From positions 1-47,519 of IMG/VR virus record IMGVR_UViG_3300032234_000260: a DNA stretch of 47,519 nucleotides, one strand, 5' to 3'. The notes below the pieces were generated by a model. It worked only from the letters and a program-made list of their open reading frames with translations, searched no databases and was not told the DNA's origin. This document shows, piece by piece, positions 44,738-47,519 of the stretch; the first letter of the stretch is position 1; every line of letters starts with the position of its first letter. A program made the translations under genes and the position numbers. The DNA comes from a virus. Taxonomy: Duplodnaviria > Caudoviricetes.

Positions 44738-46467
44738 AGTTCTAAATACACCTCAATCGGTCCAGTAGCTCTGACAAAAGTTGTAACAGAGCTCGGTAGG
44801 TCACCAGATATGCCAGTAATTGCCAACCCAACATTGTTTGAAAACGCTGCCCCTGAAGGCCTTGGGACCTGTGGAACATGCGAAGTCGATAATTTAGATT
44901 GTGCAGTACAAGTCGCTACTTGATTAACTGCCGCAAGCCAATAAATACCCGGAGATAGTGTTTGGTTAATTGTAATAGAAGCAAACTGCGATGAAGTTGT
45001 AGTAGCGACAGTTCCTGCATCAAGAAGTAGTGTTGAAGGCACGCCATCAGTAGATTCATATATTCCTAAACGCATCCTACCGCCAGTGCTTGATGCGGTA
45101 GCAACCCAAATTCCAATCTTTGTAAAAGTAGCGGATACTGATGTAATAAAAGGAAGGAAAGTAACAACATTTAGGCTGTTTGTAGCGTTTGTTGATGCAC
45201 CACCCTGTGCAGAATAAGAAAACCCAGCTTTAAACCCCGTCCAACCAAAGCCAGCCTGTGGAGCAACAAATTCATACAGGCCAGATGTTGCGTTCCAAGA
45301 AAGAACATGCCCATCTTGCTTGCCAGCCATGGTAACGTCATGAATCTCTTTAAGTTCAAAACCATTTTGTGGCTTAACGAAAATCTCACCATTGTTAGCA
45401 TTTACTCTGGTTACTACACCGATAGAAACAAGATGGTCTGGAGCTGCTGGCTTATTTGCCAAGCCATAAATTAAGTTACCAGCTGTTCCTAGCCACACCG
45501 GATCACCAGCAACTGCCGAAGCTGTGTTCAAGCCTGAAAGCAAGCCTTCGGTAATCACCTTGACCTTAGCGTTAGTGGAGCCGCCCTGTTCAAGTAGTCC
45601 TAGGGTTTTTGAAGAAGTAGCCTCAGATGTGTTCGAGGCTTTAGAAACAATCATGTTCGTGCCATCAGCAGAACTTACATAAACTGCCTGCCCCTTAGCA
45701 ATAGCCTCACCAAGTTTAACTTCGTGCTTTAACTGAGAAGTCCAGTTAGCGTAGTTATCAATCCAAATAGTGTCATAATCAGCAGAAGTATCTTTTGCTA
45801 AGATTTGTCCAGCACTGCCTCCGGTAGGAATACCAGCACCAACCAAAGAAGCTAGCCACTCTTCTTCCGTTCCAGTAAAACCTTCAATCTGTGCAACCTG
45901 ATAAGCAGAAAAACCATTAGCACCCTGAGCGCCAGTCGCGCCAGTTGCACCAGTGTCACCTTTAACACCCTGAATTCCTTGAGGCCCAGTATCTCCGGTA
46001 TCACCTTTGATACCTTGTATGCCTTGTAAACCTGTGTCGCCCTTTTCGCCCTGAATACCCTGAATACCTTGGATACCCTGTATACCCTGCGATCCAGTAT
46101 CACCAGTATCGCCTTTAGCTCCTGTAGCACCAGTTAAACCAGTGTCACCCTTGGCCCCAGTATCACCTTTGATGCCCTGAATACCTTGAATACCCTGATC
46201 GCCTTTATCGCCCTTGATTCCCTGAATGCCCTGTTCACCTTGTTCGCCTTGAGGGCCAGTATCGCCTTGCGGACCCTCCGGACCTTGTGGGCCTGTTGGA
46301 CCTGCCGGACCAGCTGGACCCTGTGGCCCAGTACCACCTTCGCCAGTGCCAGAGTCGCCTCCACCACCATAAGGTCGTTTGTCGAGTTTTTTAATTTCAT
46401 TCTCAACCTTGTCAGTCCAATCTTGCGACTGAGGAGGGAGATTAGTATCCGGAAAATAGATTGCCAT
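44734..46467 (-). CDS. Collagen-like fibre protein
   Basis: Long uninterrupted Gly-X-Y run, SAYQVA..GF.GTEEEWLASL.G motif, GG.AGQILAK, and beta-rich C-terminal domains. Confidence 0.85.
   Translation of the reverse strand: MAIYFPDTNLPPQSQDWTDKVENEIKKLDKRPYGGGGDSGTGEGGTGPQGPAGPAGPTGPQGPEGPQGDTGPQGEQGEQGIQGIKGDKGDQGIQGIQGIKGDTGAKGDTGLTGATGAKGDTGDTGSQGIQGIQGIQGIQGEKGDTGLQGIQGIKGDTGDTGPQGIQGVKGDTGATGATGAQGANGFSAYQVAQIEGFTGTEEEWLASLVGAGIPTGGSAGQILAKDTSADYDTIWIDNYANWTSQLKHEVKLGEAIAKGQAVYVSSADGTNMIVSKASNTSEATSSKTLGLLEQGGSTNAKVKVITEGLLSGLNTASAVAGDPVWLGTAGNLIYGLANKPAAPDHLVSIGVVTRVNANNGEIFVKPQNGFELKEIHDVTMAGKQDGHVLSWNATSGLYEFVAPQAGFGWTGFKAGFSYSAQGGASTNATNSLNVVTFLPFITSVSATFTKIGIWVATASSTGGRMRLGIYESTDGVPSTLLLDAGTVATTTSSQFASITINQTLSPGIYWLAAVNQVATCTAQSKLSTSHVPQVPRPSGAAFSNNVGLAITGISGDLPSSVTTFVRATGPIEVYLEL
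45920..46330 (-). repeat. Gly-X-Y codon repeats (GIQ, GDT, GPQ)
   Basis: Imperfect 9-nt periodicity in the coding sequence. Confidence 0.9.
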
Positions 46468-46487
46468 AGTTATACTATTATAACACG

Positions 46488-46564
46488 CAAAAGGGAAAAC
46501 CCTTCGGAGCTATGGCTCAACGAAGGGTCTTCACGCAGAAGCGCGGAAAGGAGGGTACCGCGCT
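46488..46564 (-). ncRNA. Candidate ~75-nt small RNA with anti-SD loop
   Basis: TATAAT at 46575-46570, hairpin AGCGCGG-TACCCTCCTTT-CCGCGCT, then terminator ACCCTTCG/CGAAGGGT with T-rich tail. Confidence 0.65.
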
Positions 46565-46586
46565 ATTCAATTATACCTCATCAAGT

Positions 46587-46616
46587 AAAAAACCCCCACC
46601 GAAGTGAGGGCTTTTT
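46587..46616 (-). terminator. Terminator after the major capsid gene
   Basis: Minus strand GCCCTCAC-TTCG-GTGGGGGT followed by a T run. Confidence 0.85.
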
Positions 46617-46633
46617 ATTATAGCTTAAAGTGA

Positions 46634-47519
46634 TTAGCTACCTGCACCAGTAGATGCAATTGTACCTGCAGGAACGAAGAATCCACCAGTTGCGATGTGA
46701 CGGATTCTCATCTGCCAGTCATCGTTGTCGAATGAACCATAGTTCTCAGGAAGTGCTCCACCACCAAGTGACTGACCAGCAGCTGACTTAACACGAAGCT
46801 CTGGAGTCTCGAATCCACGAAGGAATCCAAGCACAACGCTAGGGTTAAGAGTTGCTGATGGAACTGGAATTAGGAACCAGTAAGCACCTGCAGATGGGTT
46901 GATCTTTGTGATCCAGTCGTTAACAACGATTTCAACCTGTGAACCGATTGGGTTTCCAGTGATGGTCTTTGTTAGGATTGAACCTACAGTGTTTGATGTC
47001 TCTACAGTCTGAACTGCAAGAATCTTCTTAGCAGTAAGCTCAAGTGCACGTGGGATAACCAATGCGAATCTGCTTACAGGCTGGATTAGTCTGCCGTTGT
47101 ACTGCTGTAGGTTTGCTGCCTCGATTGCCTTCTCTAGGTTGTCTAGAGTAAGAGCACCGTTACCAGCGAATAGGTTGTTGTTGCCTGACTTGAAGTTAGC
47201 GGTGTTTAGACCAGAAGCAGAAACTAGCTGCTTGGTAACTTCTTCGTCTTCCTTACCAGCGGCCTTTAGACCAAGCTCGATAGGTAGACGCTCTAGCAAT
47301 GAGATGTTTCCGTCGTTAACAACAGCTTCCCATGAGAAGCGAACTCTCTGACCAGCCTTCTTGACTGCGAAGTCGCTCTCAGTTACTGAGAACCAACCAG
47401 CAGTTGGGTACTCGTCGTACTCGCCAACAGTAGGCAATGATCCCTCGCGGAACTTGTCGCCTTGGTTGTCTAGACCCTCATCTTCGTAACGAAGGTTTAG
47501 GTACTGCTGCTTACGGAAG
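46634..47519 (-). CDS. Major capsid protein, C-terminal part (Mu gpT-like pattern)
   Basis: VGEYDEYP, FSWEAVVND, ALVIPRALELTA, GFLRGFETPEL and FDNDDWQMRIRH. Followed by a strong terminator. Confidence 0.9.
   Translation of the reverse strand, partial: FRKQQYLNLRYEDEGLDNQGDKFREGSLPTVGEYDEYPTAGWFSVTESDFAVKKAGQRVRFSWEAVVNDGNISLLERLPIELGLKAAGKEDEEVTKQLVSASGLNTANFKSGNNNLFAGNGALTLDNLEKAIEAANLQQYNGRLIQPVSRFALVIPRALELTAKKILAVQTVETSNTVGSILTKTITGNPIGSQVEIVVNDWITKINPSAGAYWFLIPVPSATLNPSVVLGFLRGFETPELRVKSAAGQSLGGGALPENYGSFDNDDWQMRIRHIATGGFFVPAGTIASTGAGS
47397..47519. repeat. Terminal direct repeat, right copy
   Basis: Identical to 1-123. Confidence 0.95.

Noticed and set aside
45920-46330. Tandem repeats as a CRISPR array or DGR repeat
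   Set aside because: They are explained by collagen Gly-X-Y coding, and no reverse transcriptase was seen.

Overview
This window is an apparently complete, circularly permuted tailed-phage (siphovirus-type) genome of about 47,396 bp. Bases 1-123 repeat exactly at 47397-47519, and the major capsid gene runs across the join. WhiB, an actinobacterial-type SSB, a DUF2637-like membrane protein and an MSMEG_6728-like glycosylase point to an actinobacterial host. GC looks moderate by eye, so a low-GC freshwater lineage is an inference. The minus strand carries the packaging, head, tail and lysis genes (27.1-47.5 kb, continuing into 0-5.5 kb) and a leftward early block (5.8-9.8 kb) led by an amidoligase. 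The plus strand carries an early/middle block (10.4-27.1 kb) led by a class II glutamine amidotransferase, followed by helicase, Cas4-like nuclease, AAA ATPase, SSBs, primase-helicase and resolvase. I recognised no integrase, DNA polymerase or CRISPR array. The most unusual signals are: (1) an 80-nt mini-tmRNA consisting only of the tRNA-like domain, within a three-element ncRNA cluster at 20.87-21.06 kb; (2) two separate small RNAs that display an anti-Shine-Dalgarno sequence in a hairpin loop; (3) a putative DEDDh 3'-5' exonuclease domain inside the 2396-aa tape measure protein; and (4) three 66-nt GC-rich hairpins of shared architecture upstream of early genes. All family assignments come from motif recognition by eye, not database searches.
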